Below, piece after piece: positions 12,297-24,943 of a stretch of 64,000 nt of DNA. The position numbers and the translations under genes were made by a program. Where the stretch lies: assembly GCF_964355755.1 (NCBI RefSeq), contig NC_092672.1, forward strand, positions 26,294,437 through 26,358,436, given 5' to 3'. The stretch is from Antedon mediterranea. Lineage: Eukaryota > Animalia > Echinodermata. The notes beneath the pieces were generated by a model that saw nothing but the letters and a program-made list of their open reading frames with translations, searched no databases and was not told the DNA's origin. Position 1 is the first letter of the stretch. Every line of letters begins with the position of its first letter.

Positions 12297-14030
12297 TTAG
12301 TAATTAAATATTTTAACATTGTCCTCTCCAAAATTTGCCACAGCTAATCTTCTAGGATTATAGCTGATTATAGTGAGTCCACCAGGAGTATAAATGTTAT
12401 CAGTTTTGTCATCTATTCGTTTTATAAAGAAACCGTTCTTGTCAAACAATTGTAGTTTATGGTCACTGGCAACTATTATATTCTCATCCTTGTCCATTAC
12501 TATACATTTAGGGGTCCAAACCTTACCGTCTTCCTTACCCCCATCTACAATTGTTTTCATAAACGTACCATTTTCATGAAACATTTGTACTTTGTTAGCA
12601 CTCCAATCAGGTATTAGTAGGTTACTTCCTCTGTTTAAGATGACATCATGTGGGCCAATCAATGTATTACTTGAACCAATCCTTCCCAAAAGCTTCCCAT
12701 TATACATATTAAATTGATATACATATGGTTTTTCTCTGTCTGCAACATACAGAACCTTTGTTTCATTGTTTACTGCCAACCCCACAGGAAATTTCAATAT
12801 TCCTTTACCAAATTGAGTTATTACTTCAAACCGATCATTACACATTACAACATTCCTGTTTTTGCCTCCACTAAACATAAAATTACCATTTTCCATCTGA
12901 TGTATTTTGTAGACAACACAATCCGGAACTTGTACAGTGGAAATAAATGAACCTGATTGGCTGAATTTCAACAATTCACTGGATACGCTTGATACTAATA
13001 CAGAGCCATCTTTAATTAACTTCACATCTGTTACTTTGAATCTGTTGTCTATTTTGTATGATTCTATGTTGTCAATTGTATGTACAAGAGTTGGTTCAAC
13101 TGTGATATTCACTGGTGAACCTTTAATGCTAGAAAATCCATTAGTGATCTTCATCTTCCAGGTACCTTCCTCATTGCATCTACCTTTTATTCTGTACTTT
13201 CCATTTCCAATGCATTCTATCACATCAACGATAGTTGTGTCACCTGATGGTTTTATCAGAGTAACATTTAGTGTGCATGCAAACTCCTTGTCAACATTTT
13301 CTACCTTCACTTCAAATGGTTGCCCCTTTGTAACAGTAATGGATTTATCATCTTTATCAATGCTGTACCTGTTATCAATACTTGTGATTTTACCGAGGCC
13401 TTTGCTTATAGCGCAATCTAATTCTGCATTTATTGTGAAGTTTGGTGTAAGATTGTTTGCATAAGAGAGTAACTTGTGTTTCGTTTGATTAATATTTAGT
13501 TGAACACTTTTGATATCCGATTTGCAATTTTCAAGTATGTTTGTATTTTCTGGGTTGTCCATCATTTCTGTAGCTGATACCTTCAGACTTTGCAACTGCA
13601 TTTGGTGTAAATCGAGGTCCTTTAATTGGCTATCATTGGCTTCATCCTTTTGCTTACATAGAATATCAAGGTCTATCATTAGTTTTTCGCCTTCATCTTT
13701 AACCTTAGTAACAATACCTTCTATATGGTTTTCAATCAGATTTTTAATGTAGCCTACTCGGGACTTAAATTCTCCGTCATCTCTAATCATAGAATTAAAA
13801 ATAGTTTCTAGTTCCTGTTTGATATCCAAAGCTGCCATGATAGTTTCAGTTACGTTCTTGTTAAATTCATCGACAGCAACTTGCATAGGCTTGCTATTGT
13901 GTTTCAATCTAGAGCAACTTATAAAATGTTGACAATCCTTGCATGAACTTTTGATACATGTTTTACAAAACCGTTCAAGATTATTATTAGGATGATCTTG
14001 ACATCTGAATTTTACTTCTTGATTCGACAT
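12297..14030 (-). CDS. RING-less TRIM-NHL protein, copy 3
   Basis: Intact 577-aa ORF with the same domains. ATG follows an acceptor (TTACAG|ATG). Upstream non-coding exon donor at 14402. Confidence 0.88.
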   Translation of the reverse strand: MSNQEVKFRCQDHPNNNLERFCKTCIKSSCKDCQHFISCSRLKHNSKPMQVAVDEFNKNVTETIMAALDIKQELETIFNSMIRDDGEFKSRVGYIKNLIENHIEGIVTKVKDEGEKLMIDLDILCKQKDEANDSQLKDLDLHQMQLQSLKVSATEMMDNPENTNILENCKSDIKSVQLNINQTKHKLLSYANNLTPNFTINAELDCAISKGLGKITSIDNRYSIDKDDKSITVTKGQPFEVKVENVDKEFACTLNVTLIKPSGDTTIVDVIECIGNGKYRIKGRCNEEGTWKMKITNGFSSIKGSPVNITVEPTLVHTIDNIESYKIDNRFKVTDVKLIKDGSVLVSSVSSELLKFSQSGSFISTVQVPDCVVYKIHQMENGNFMFSGGKNRNVVMCNDRFEVITQFGKGILKFPVGLAVNNETKVLYVADREKPYVYQFNMYNGKLLGRIGSSNTLIGPHDVILNRGSNLLIPDWSANKVQMFHENGTFMKTIVDGGKEDGKVWTPKCIVMDKDENIIVASDHKLQLFDKNGFFIKRIDDKTDNIYTPGGLTIISYNPRRLAVANFGEDNVKIFNY

Positions 14031-15570
14031 CTGTAATGTAATTCATTTTAAGTTTTCAATAATGGTAACCAGAACTTCTAGTGTTTCAAAAGAAAAAACA
14101 ACAATCTTCCAAAGTACTTCTGGTGTCGATGTATGTCTTAATACCATCTCCATCGTTCACTATATATACTGCTATAGTTTAGCATGTAACTAACTTTATT
14201 TTATCTATTATTTGTTTATTGTAGTCTTAATCGTACGTATACAATTGGATTTTGTAGTATAGAATCTCATGGAAATTATTACCAAAATTGTATTTTAAAA
14301 TATGATTTGGGGTTTATTAACCAACGCCATCAACCATCATGTACTAATAGTTCGACATCACTTGTAGTTTCAATTGTTTTTCTAATAACATTTGCAACTT
14401 ACCTTCTTGATCGACTGCAACTTCCTCGTTGTCCTAAACCAATATAGTTTGTAGTATAATTAATGAAAGTGCGGTTAGCAATAACACTACCATTTAACGG
14501 ATGTGTATGCATGACGTATAGAAAGAAATTTAAACCATGAACTTTAAACTTTGTTAGCTGTACAAAAGTGTTTTGATATATAATCCTCATACTAGCATGG
14601 TGACTGAGTTCAATGGAATTCATTGTTAACATTTTGTTCCTGACTTATATTAGTTTATATTGAGAAAGTGTAGGCCTGCAAAGACACAGTCCTTTCCTTA
14701 AAAATGGAATAAATATAGAGTAGAGCTATCAAACATAATGTTATTGACTATAATATTATATTACATAGCCTATGGAAATACGTTAACGTGATTGGTTGAA
14801 ACTGCATCACCGCTGCGAGGATTGTAAATCGTATTTATCCTCGAATACGATGATATTGGCTGAGTAATTTTCGCGTAATTATCGTGTCCCTGTCATTAAA
14901 CATAAAATCCAGCAAATTCTCGAGTACGATGATAATGACTGTAATTTTCGTGTGGCAACACTCGCGTTTGGCCATAAATAAACAAAATCATTTACTGAGA
15001 TTTTAACTCGCGATGATTTGTCCATCATCACCATACGCAACTTGCTTGAAGAAATTAATCAACTAAACTATTTAAACTATGCATACATAGCGCCCTCATT
15101 TGTTATTAGCCCTCCCTAGGTGTGCTGAAAGACCCGTCTGTGATTGATTAATACTCACGGTAGTAACCTGGTACACGCGGCGCGCTGAACATCCGGTGAT
15201 TCGACTCCTCGAAGAAGACGAATTGTTATTTATTCGAGACCAGAATTTAATGTAACTAAAGTGAACACTAACCGTTCGAAACATTTTATTCTCAATCACG
15301 GTATTTTCTTTGACTGTTAATCACTCATGCAATCGCGAATAATTTTAGAATTTGTATATAATAACTTTTATTTTGTTTATTTTTATATTATTTTCATCTA
15401 ATATTCTAAATGAAAATAACTAAAACTGTAAATGATAATTGATATTCGTTTTTGTATGTAACTCTGCAATATTTTCTAGGCCTTTGTTCAATTTCAATCT
15501 GTATTTTATTTTTACGATTGCAATAAATACACAATTTCATTTATACACATTTTACACATTTGTTATATAG

Positions 15571-18340
15571 ATATCACAGGCAATGTGTATAAAAATAGAG
15601 ACAGAGCATTATAGAAGACATCAAAGTGATGTTGACAAGAATAATAATGGTATGACTAGAGGGGCACTCTACTGGCAATTGAATGATATCTGGCAGGCAC
15701 CAACATGGGCATCCACAGGTAAACATCCGAATCTATCAATGTCAATGCGTCCTTACATGGACAAATGAACACATGGATATGCATCAATGGTGAAATCAAT
15801 GATTATCAAAACGCGCTTACCTATGTTAAAGCACTGCTGTCAATCGAACAAACACGCTCTACAACCCCGTGTCTCTTACCGCGGCCCTCTATAGAAAGTT
15901 GCGAATCAACTGTTATTATTTTAAATCAGGATCAAAAACAAAACGTGCCCATGTATAAATCGTATGCGCAGTCTCCGGAAGGTTAGCCAGTATAGACTAT
16001 TAAATGATGCATTTAACCATACTATTCTCCTATATGAATCGTGCTGCCTGGTTATTGGCTAGTATTTTTAAATTTTAAAAAACATGTTCTTGAAACACCT
16101 CGACCCGAGGGCTCCAGTGTAATAGGTTAAAGCCTTTACCACTAGACAAAACATTTCGATTGGCAAACGCTGTTTACACAAATTATTTAATCACTCCGCA
16201 TGTTTATATAACGCCCTCTATAATGTCCCATTCTATTTCATAATTATTCTAATGAATTATTCATGATTTCTACCTTAATTTGAGTTTTGGGTTTCCTGAC
16301 GTCATGCCAAATGAAAAATAAATATAATAGAACTTCACACTCATCAAGATACCTTTATTTCAAATCGTTCCATTCTCCAATATACCTGTTATGTTCATAA
16401 ATTTGTTGGTAAAATTATCGATTCGGTTCTTGTATCATCTGTTTGTACACCATATTGTTTTAAAAAGAACCGTGATTGACGGTAGTCGTGACGAAAGCCA
16501 AGACAATTACAACGATGGAAACAATTATCAAAGTGTAAAACAAAATACTTATTAAATTTAAAGAGCAAAGGATTAGATGATAATAATAGATAATTACAAA
16601 ACATACATACTGATTAAGACCAACCTCAATATTGAATGTAGTGTTCAAATTTAACTAGCCAACGACGAGAGTAAGGGGTGAATCATCTGTGTGAATAATA
16701 GAGTTTACCTTTTTTTTGTTTCTAAGAATACGAAGGTAAATGGAAAATGCTACACTACTTTGCCAAGGATTTCTTTGCACCATTGCTAGCATCAGGTTAT
16801 ATTGTGGATGGTCATCTGTATGTTTATGCTATATCGGACTTGACTGACCCATTAATCAATGCAACATTGGTGGTCAAGATCTGGTCCTGGGATAGCTTTA
16901 CACCACTACTTGTACAAAATTATAAATTTAATCTGGTAAGTTATGTTTAAATCATTCCTATTACTTAAAGCGAAAACTTTTTAGGAAAGTAAATAGGTCC
17001 ATTATATTTGCGTACTATCTATGAAATGGTTTTATCCATTAGGTTAAGTGAAATACAATTTTGGTGTGGGATTTGTGAAATCTGTCCTTTATAGAGATTA
17101 TTTGTTCATTGTAGGTGTTTTTTCTGTCCATTATAGGGGTTGAGGTCGCTGTTATTCAGAACTTCCTTTTTAAATTTCTAAGCCCTTACTTGTGTGTTCT
17201 CAAACAATGTTGAAATCACAGTCGTTTGCAGTGGTTTTATCCATTAGGCTAAACTGGTAGAACTATGCAAGCGACAACATGATAACCTATGTCTGTGCTC
17301 ACACTATATAGAGATCATCACAGTCGTCTGCAGTGGTTTTATTCATTAGGCCAAACTGGTAGAACTATGCAAACTACAACATGATAACCTATGTCTGTGC
17401 TCACACTATATAGAGATCATCACAGTCGTCTGCAGTGGTTTTATCCATTAGATGATAACCTAGATGTCTGTTTTCACAAAATTATAGAAATCACAGTCAT
17501 CAATAATGGTTCTAACCGTAACGTCAAGTGAAATACTTAGCAAAGCTGGATGCAAGTCTCGAAATTCGTGTTTCTTTACATTTGGTGTTGGAAGGATGGC
17601 CTCAAACAAAATTGAAACCAATCCTCTCTATATCTCTTCTTTCTTCGATGCAAAAGGCTTAGTACAAGATCCATATTTACAGGTATGTGTTTATTTTAGA
17701 TTAGGACAACGCGGTCGTGTCGATATAAAACATTATAAGCACGATCGGATCAACCGTGCCACGCAAGTTTGAGAATGCTGATATAGTCACTTTTTAAATA
17801 CCTAATATTATATCAACTCGGCTTGAAATATAACCTTTCATCATTCACACCTCATGCCATTATTTGTACCATTTACACTTATAAACATTGATCATTTGTA
17901 TATTTATTATTGAGGATAGTGGCATATATTGTATTGAGACTATGGAGTTCTCTATGTTGAAACTTTGCCGCAAGAAATTGTAAAATTATATATATATTTT
18001 TTAGATTAAACATTATTTATTTTTAAAGATTACTAAAGTCGTTCAAGAAGGCAACATCTTTACAATCGGGATTAAAAGCTCTGCAATCGCACCCTTTGTG
18101 TGGCTAGACGTAGGCGATATTAAAGGAAGATTCTCCCGTAATGGCTTTCTCCAGTTGGAACCAACCGTCACTGTGACGTTTTATGCTTGGGAAGTTGTAA
18201 GCTTACAAACGTTAGAAGATTCTTTGACCATTCAATCACTAACTTCGAGAAAACCAACCAAAGTGCAACCTTACAATTATATGTTTATGTATTTCTTTTA
18301 TTTCTTTAATTTAGTAACAAATGTTTTATTTTTTACTTAA
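15571..18340 (+). CDS. MANBA: Beta-mannosidase (GH2), last four coding exons
   Basis: Exons 15571-15718, 16727-16935, 17488-17682 and 18029-18340 have GT-AG boundaries and consistent phase. They translate to ...ETEHYRR...[40 protein letters not shown]...[22 protein letters not shown]..., matching the remembered C-terminus of animal beta-mannosidase. No upstream exons were seen in 1-15570. Confidence 0.85.
17195..17460 (+). repeat. About 102-bp tandem repeat (about 2.5 units) in a MANBA intron
   Basis: atcacagtcgt(t/c)tgcagtggttttat recurs at about 17215, 17317 and 17419. Confidence 0.85.
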
Positions 18341-19038
18341 ATGTACAACAATTAAACATGATATTTAACATCTGGACTTGTGCAGTTCAGTTCTATGTTT
18401 GCATTTTTTGGCTTAATGAGCAACTTTCCTATTGAAACGGATTTTCTTCGTAGTTGTGGATTAGTTTGTTTTAAGTTTAAGCGGTGTGAAAAAAAGTAAA
18501 ACTGTAATTTACAAAACAAATGTACAAATGAATTTGTTTGTATAAATGTACTGTAAAACAGTACTACATCATGTAGCATGATATATAGGTGTGCCCTGAA
18601 AAAAATCAATATTTCTATAAAAAAAATACAAAAATCATGAAATTAAAATTGATACAAAACGTTGCAGCTTTTTATAACGAAACAATATTGGAAATCGTAA
18701 CAAACCCACTAATTTCGAGATAGGCGGACACAATTCACAAGCGGTTATGCATAACCATCTTGGTTACTCACCCTAGCTGATAATAATATTTTATAACATT
18801 TTGTAAGGGTTTGTCTGTCAATTTTGTCGAAATCTGCCGCTGAAAATCAAACACATTGGACTATAAATCAATTATACCATACGAACGTATGTTGTTCGTG
18901 GTTTTGCTACTAATAATTATTTTGTTTATGACATTGATACCGTATTGGTTGTTTTCTGTTGTTCAATTGAGAATTGTTTGAATTAACCATTTGTGCTGAA
19001 ATCCAAATTTCAATGAGTTAACGTTAACATTTTTCTAT

Positions 19039-20769
19039 TTAATAATTAAATATTTTAACATTGTTTGCTCCGAAATTTGCCAAAGCTAATCTCCTTGGTT
19101 TATAACTGATTACAGTGATGCCACCAGGAGTGTCAACGTTATCAATTACGGCATCGATTCGTTTTATAAATATACCATTCTTATCAAACAATTGTAGTTT
19201 ATGGTCACTGACAACTATTAGATTCTCATCTTTGTCCATTATTATACATTTAGGGTTCCATACCTTACCGTCTTCCTCGCCCCCGTCTATAATTGTTTTC
19301 ATAAATGCACCATTTACATTAAACATTTGTATTTTATTAGTTTTCCAATCAGGAACTAATAAATGACCTTCCTTGGTTAAAATTACATCATGTGGGGTAA
19401 TCAGTTTACTCCATTTACCAGTTATCTTACCTATCAGTTTTCCACTATCAATATTAAACTTATAGACACAGGAAGCTTCTCTGTCTGCAATATACAGAAC
19501 TCTTGTTTCATTGTTTACTGCCAAACCAACTGGATATTCTAATATTCCTTTACCAAATTGAGTGATAACTTTAAATCTATCATTGCACATCACAACCTTC
19601 CTTTCGGCATCACTAAACATGAAATTACCATTTCTCATTTTATGAATCTTATAGATTGGGATTTTGATTTGTATATTAGCAATAAATGAACCTGATTTGT
19701 TAAATTTTAACAACTCATTTGAACAGCTTGATACTAACATACAGCCATTTTCATCTAAATTTACATCTGTTACCTTGAGTCTATTATCTAACTTGTGTGA
19801 TCCTATGTTTTCAATGGTGTGTACAAGTGTTGGTACAAATGTGAAACTCACTGGTGAACCTTTGATGCTAGCAACGCCAGCACTGATCTCCATCTTCCAA
19901 TCGCCTTCCTCATCGCATCTACCTTTTATTCTATACTTTCCCCATCCCGCGTATTCCACCTTATCGATGGCAGTGCTTTTACTTGATGGATTTATCAGAG
20001 TAGCACTCAAAACACATGCATCACATTCGTCCACATTTTCAACATTCACTGTAAATGGTTGTCCCTTTGTAACAGTAATTGATCTATCAGCTTCACGAAC
20101 GCTGTACCTTTTATCAACACTTGTGATTTTACCGAGCCCTTTCGATATAGCACCATCCAGCTCTGCATTTATTGTGAAGTTTGGTGTAAGATGGTTAGCA
20201 TAAGAGAGAAATTTGTGTTTCATTTTATTGATATTTTGTTTGACTTCTTCGATATCCGATTGGCAATTGTTAAGTATGTTTTCATTTTCCGGTTTGTCTG
20301 TCATTTCTGTAATTGATGTCTTGAGGCTTTGTAATTCCATTTGGTGTGGTTCAAGCTCTATTACTTGACTTTCAATTGATTCTTTCTTTTGTTTACATAA
20401 AATATCAAGATTCATCATTAGCTTCCCTCCTTCCTCTTTTACTTTTTTAACAACAACTTCTACATGGTTTTCAATCAGTTGTTTAATGTAATCTACTTGT
20501 AACTTAAATTCTCTGTCATCGCTAATTATGGAATTAAAGATATCTTCCAATTCCTGTTTTGTATCTGTGACAGACGTTGTAACTTCATCTACTCTTTTGT
20601 TAAATTCATCTACAGCAATTATCATAGGTTTTGTATCATGTTTTTCAGTATAACAACTTACAAACTGTTCACAATCCTTACATGCACTTTTGGTACAAGT
20701 TGTACAAAACCGTTCCAGTGTATTATTAGGATGATCTTGGCATCTGAATGGGACCTCTTGTTTAGACAT
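19039..20769 (-). CDS. RING-less TRIM-NHL protein, copy 4
   Basis: Intact 576-aa ORF; acceptor directly before ATG; upstream non-coding exon donor at 22250. Confidence 0.88.
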   Translation of the reverse strand: MSKQEVPFRCQDHPNNTLERFCTTCTKSACKDCEQFVSCYTEKHDTKPMIIAVDEFNKRVDEVTTSVTDTKQELEDIFNSIISDDREFKLQVDYIKQLIENHVEVVVKKVKEEGGKLMMNLDILCKQKKESIESQVIELEPHQMELQSLKTSITEMTDKPENENILNNCQSDIEEVKQNINKMKHKFLSYANHLTPNFTINAELDGAISKGLGKITSVDKRYSVREADRSITVTKGQPFTVNVENVDECDACVLSATLINPSSKSTAIDKVEYAGWGKYRIKGRCDEEGDWKMEISAGVASIKGSPVSFTFVPTLVHTIENIGSHKLDNRLKVTDVNLDENGCMLVSSCSNELLKFNKSGSFIANIQIKIPIYKIHKMRNGNFMFSDAERKVVMCNDRFKVITQFGKGILEYPVGLAVNNETRVLYIADREASCVYKFNIDSGKLIGKITGKWSKLITPHDVILTKEGHLLVPDWKTNKIQMFNVNGAFMKTIIDGGEEDGKVWNPKCIIMDKDENLIVVSDHKLQLFDKNGIFIKRIDAVIDNVDTPGGITVISYKPRRLALANFGANNVKIFNY

Positions 20770-21019
20770 CTGTAAATATTTATATAAACCATTTTAAGTT
20801 TCAACATATAAAAATATATTTAAAAAAATAAACAATGCTGTAGGTCTAAATATTTGAGCTTTGTGCACTTTGTAATGTTTTATGTCGTTATTTTGCAACT
20901 GTGTCGTTATGTTATGATAGGTTTCCTATTTCTATAGGAAGGTGCTTCAGGTTAGTTGTCAAACAAACAGTGTGTTATATTTTGGTCGGAAACCTTTTGG
21001 AGAAAATGTATATAATAGG

Positions 21020-21330
21020 CAGACCTCCCAACTTGGAAAAATAGATATCGGAAGGTTGTAAGACAATATAGAGGGCGCTATAATAATACATCAAATCATA
21101 GAGGGCGATTTAAAAAAAAACCTAAAGATATTCATCTATTGTAATGCATGAATTGATTATAAACATCTTACGAACTGACGTTAGTATGTTTTTATGGTAG
21201 AAATATTAATTATAAGACTGTTGTTGGTTTATCCCAAAATATCGGGAGAAAATATTTTTATCGGCAGACCGGGAGATGACTCGAAATATCGGGAGACTCC
21301 CGCAAGTATACGATACGATACGAGGAAATG
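21020..21330 (+). mobile_element. Non-autonomous TIR element fragment (CAGACCTCCCAAC terminus, hAT-like); related copy at about 40300-40648
   Basis: Left end CAGACCTCCCAACT at 21020. The second copy ends AGTTGGGAGGTCTG at 40648. Both share the internal blocks tagagggcgctataat and tataaacatctt. Confidence 0.55.
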
Positions 21331-21499
21331 TTGCAATCACAAATAGAATATTTAAAATTGAAGTTTAACAAAAAAAAAGTTATGAAAATATCTAATAAAA
21401 ATATAGGTACAAGATATATCTCTTTCAAAAACATAATCAATATAAAAATACATATAATTTACAAACATGGGATAAAAAAAAATAATAAAACGTCAAAAT

Positions 21500-21712
21500 A
21501 AAGACTCTTATCAGAAAGGGGCACTCGGGTACAAGGATAAACTACCAAGAATTGAAAAGGCCAAAATTAGTGATAAATCTTCTCGAGTGTTCGGATTTAA
21601 CTCTAAAGATAGGAAACGGGTATTTACCTCTAAGGTTGTACTGAGATTCGTTAATACAGGTTTCCCAAACTGGAACCGCGTATTCTAAAACGGGACGTAT
21701 AACAGCTGTAAC
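21500..21712 (-). mobile_element. Internally deleted 3' fragment of a CR1/L2-group LINE
   Basis: The minus strand reads TAVIRPVLEYAVPVWE...YNLRG..., typical C-terminal motifs of these RT ORFs. Confidence 0.7.
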
Positions 21713-23123
21713 CAACCCACAAACCGATTGTCAAACAATTCAAGATAATAGAAAGCAAAGGAAATATAACATTATAGACTTAAAGAACGCATAGACAAAG
21801 TACTAGGCCTAATCCTAAGATGCAATTGCAGATTAGAAGCGATGCTACGCATCTAGAGTAGAGATGATTGGAATGCTCTGCTAAATAACATTAGGGCAAC
21901 ATGAAACCAATTCAAATCTGGAATTAACATTTCGTCTAACCACCATTTAAATACCTCCCATATTTTCCGAAGAATGACTCGACAATGACCATGGAGGGAC
22001 AAGATGAATCAAGGAATATTATCATGAGAAAGAGATATTGTAATACATATAGAATTCAGTTTTAAGAAATAAAATGTCATGTCATTGTTGAATATATTGT
22101 ATGTTGATTTTAGCCTAGCCTGGAGTACCTTAACATCAGTACGGTTGCATCTCTTGCATTATATGCCAGAGAATGCGTTTATATGTAACATTATGCCATG
22201 CCTAGCATTCAACAATACACACTACTACATTACTACAGTCAGTAACTTACCTTATCTTCTTTTATTATTTGTAGTCCTATTATTATCTTTACCAATATAC
22301 TTGGTAATAATGGGGTGCGGTTAACAAAGGCTTTGTATTCTGTGAATTATTAACAACCTCAATGATAGTGTATAGGCCTATCTTTGACAACTTCTATAAT
22401 GACGTAAAGGAAATCATTTAATTTAACCGTGAACTTTGTACTTATTCACTATACAAACTTCTCTTTTGATATTATTAGACCAATGGTATGTTTAGATTAT
22501 AGTATATTTTTTAATTCCATTTTCAGCTAACAGAGTATAGCGCCAATAAAAAAATTCAGTATAAAAGGAGAAAATAAGATTTAAGATTTTTAAATTAGAC
22601 ATTTAAAATGTAAAACTTTAGTTAACAATTATTAAAATTAGAAAAGTATGTTATCGTAGCTTTTCCAATAAAACCTCATATCTCCATTTTGTTTCTGAAA
22701 TTTACTTTTTTGTAAACAATAATGATAACATTTTTCAGAGAAACAGCCACTCAGAAAGCAGACAATGTTGTGTTTTTTGTCTAAACGTGTATGTTGTAGT
22801 GACACATACGAGGTTTTGAGCACATACAAGATACAATACTCCTTCCAAAACTGATTTAAATAAGAACCAAATCAAAATGCATATAAAACCAGAATTTTAT
22901 TTAATTATTATAATGACGATATAAACAGTGTTTTTAACCGAAAATGTGTCTTCACATTCCGACCTCTCAATTATTTAAAAAAATCGTTCTTCACAACTTT
23001 CCTAATAATCAATCAAGAAACATTTTCTTCCGAATCTATTTTTTTACTTTTCCAAGTTTTAATTACTAATTTTGTTTCTAATCATAAAGCATCTCATTTT
23101 TAAGGAAATATGCTCTCCACAAG

Positions 23124-23240
23124 AGTATGGAGGTAAATTGAAAATGCTAAACTATTTTTCCAAGGATTTCTTTGCACCAGTGCTAGCATCCGGTTATAAT
23201 TATTACGAATGGTGAATATCCTATATCGGACTGACGACAT
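23124..23240 (+). pseudogene. Decayed duplicate of the MANBA exon at 16727 (5' part)
   Basis: AAG acceptor, then EYGGKLKMLNYFSKDFFAPVLASGY followed by a frameshift. Confidence 0.85.
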
Positions 23241-23249
23241 ATTTATGGT

Positions 23250-24582
23250 ACATATCGTCATTCACGTGATGTTTTGCAGCTAAGGTTTTCATGACGTTTG
23301 CAATTGCTCAACGTGACTTGCGCGTGATTTTATGAATTTCGCGTATTTAACATAGGGGCCTAGTTAAAAAACAAATAACATTTTAAATTGAAACTTAGCA
23401 AAAGTTTAATTTATATCATGCGCTAACTTTCTATTGAAAAAAAATGGCATGTTTCACAGAAAGCGCGTTTAAAATTTTAAAATGCGAAAAATCAATTTCT
23501 AATCAACTTTCTACGCGTTTCATGTCATTTTGAGCATGTCAAATATTCCCACGCGCGCGAAAAAGCGTAAAAAACAGATTTTTCGCGAGATTTATGTTTT
23601 TTCAGCCTTTTCTCGTAATTTTACCAACTTTTAAACAATTTTGACTTAAAATCACGTCATACGAGTATTAAATAATTTGCGCGCGTTTTTAATGAAAAAG
23701 TTCACAAATTCGTCCAAAATTATGCCTTTTTTTTTAACAGTCATAGTTTCTAAACTAAACGGTGAAAGTTACTTTTATTACGTATTCTGAAAGATGATGA
23801 GTTGTAACCGGACATCATATGGCCACTCGAATATAAAATATGAGATTTTTGTCTCTTTCGTCATAGCTCATCGCCTTTAACAGAGCGCATCTCCACTTAT
23901 TCGTTTTCCATTTTGCACCTGATTTGATATTGTCTAGGTCAATCAACTATCTTTCGCATGATTTATTATTTGATGACGTCATCATATTCAAAATTACTTG
24001 GGTAACTTTTGTTCATCATTACAGTGAATTTCAATATGTTATAGCTCCTCAGAATAAAGAGTGATACTCATGATTAAAACGTTTTTCGGAAGCTGTTGAA
24101 TTTTAGATACGAATTCATGTACACGTTTTGCGCATCGGATGTTGTGACGTCATAATATGGCCAGTTGAATTATAAAAGTCGTATTTTCTTATTTTGCGTC
24201 ATAGTTCATTGCATTTAAAAGAGCGCGCACCATATTCTATGTATCCAAATTTCTTCAACACGTTAATATGTTGTTGCTCATATAATTTCCTTCCAAAATT
24301 GTTATCTAAGTATTTCATTTTGATGACGTCATCACGTTAGAATTTGGAATAAGAGAAGGGTCCCGTTATTTTCACCTATTCTGCACTGTATTTAGTATGA
24401 TACAGTAGTGTACTGTATATATATTTAGACACAAAATAGAGAGGGCACACTAACATTTTATTTTCTTCAGGTCACAATGGCATAATCGATTTTCTGTGCA
24501 CAATATTTTAACGTATAACGTGCACGTAGCGTTTGCGCGGCGGATAACCTAACTCGTCCATAGTGACGAGTTCAAATCTAGT
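23250..24582 (+). mobile_element. Non-autonomous Helentron-associated (HINE/DINE-1-like) element, family of about 1.5 kb, 5'-truncated copy
   Basis: Long similarity to 60050-61400. The 3' end is GCGGATAACC (24540-24549), hairpin AACTCGTC-catagt-GACGAGTT, then CTAGT. Confidence 0.75.
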
Positions 24583-24590
24583 TAATAATA

Positions 24591-24828
24591 ACCAGTGCTA
24601 TCATCCAGTTATATTACGAATGGAGAATTGATAGAGGTTGTCAAATATAGAAAGATACCAAGATACAAAGAAGAGGCCAAAGAAATCAATATATGATTAC
24701 GTTACATTAGTAAATTATAATGTATATATAATATATAATATATCGGACGACCTATTAATGCTACATTGGTGGTCAATATCTGGTCGTGCTTTACACCACT
24801 TCTTGTACACATTTCTACTTTAAATCTC
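24591..24828 (+). pseudogene. Second decayed duplicate of the same MANBA exon (3' part, with an insertion)
   Basis: PVLSSSYITNG... then INATLVVNIWSCFTPLLVHISTLNL|GTAATT, matching 16780-16935. Confidence 0.8.
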
Positions 24829-24943
24829 GTAATTATTCTTTTTTTAAATTTGGTTTTTTTGTTAAAACTGACAGAAATAATTTGTAGCATCATCATCAGG
24901 ACAAAAAGATACAGTATCTGAACGTCTGAACATCCTCACCTTT

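Noticed and set aside
14755-15340. CpG-rich segment upstream of the first MANBA exon, possible promoter or Crypton-like repeat
   Set aside because: No termini, TSD or coding signal could be established from the sequence alone.
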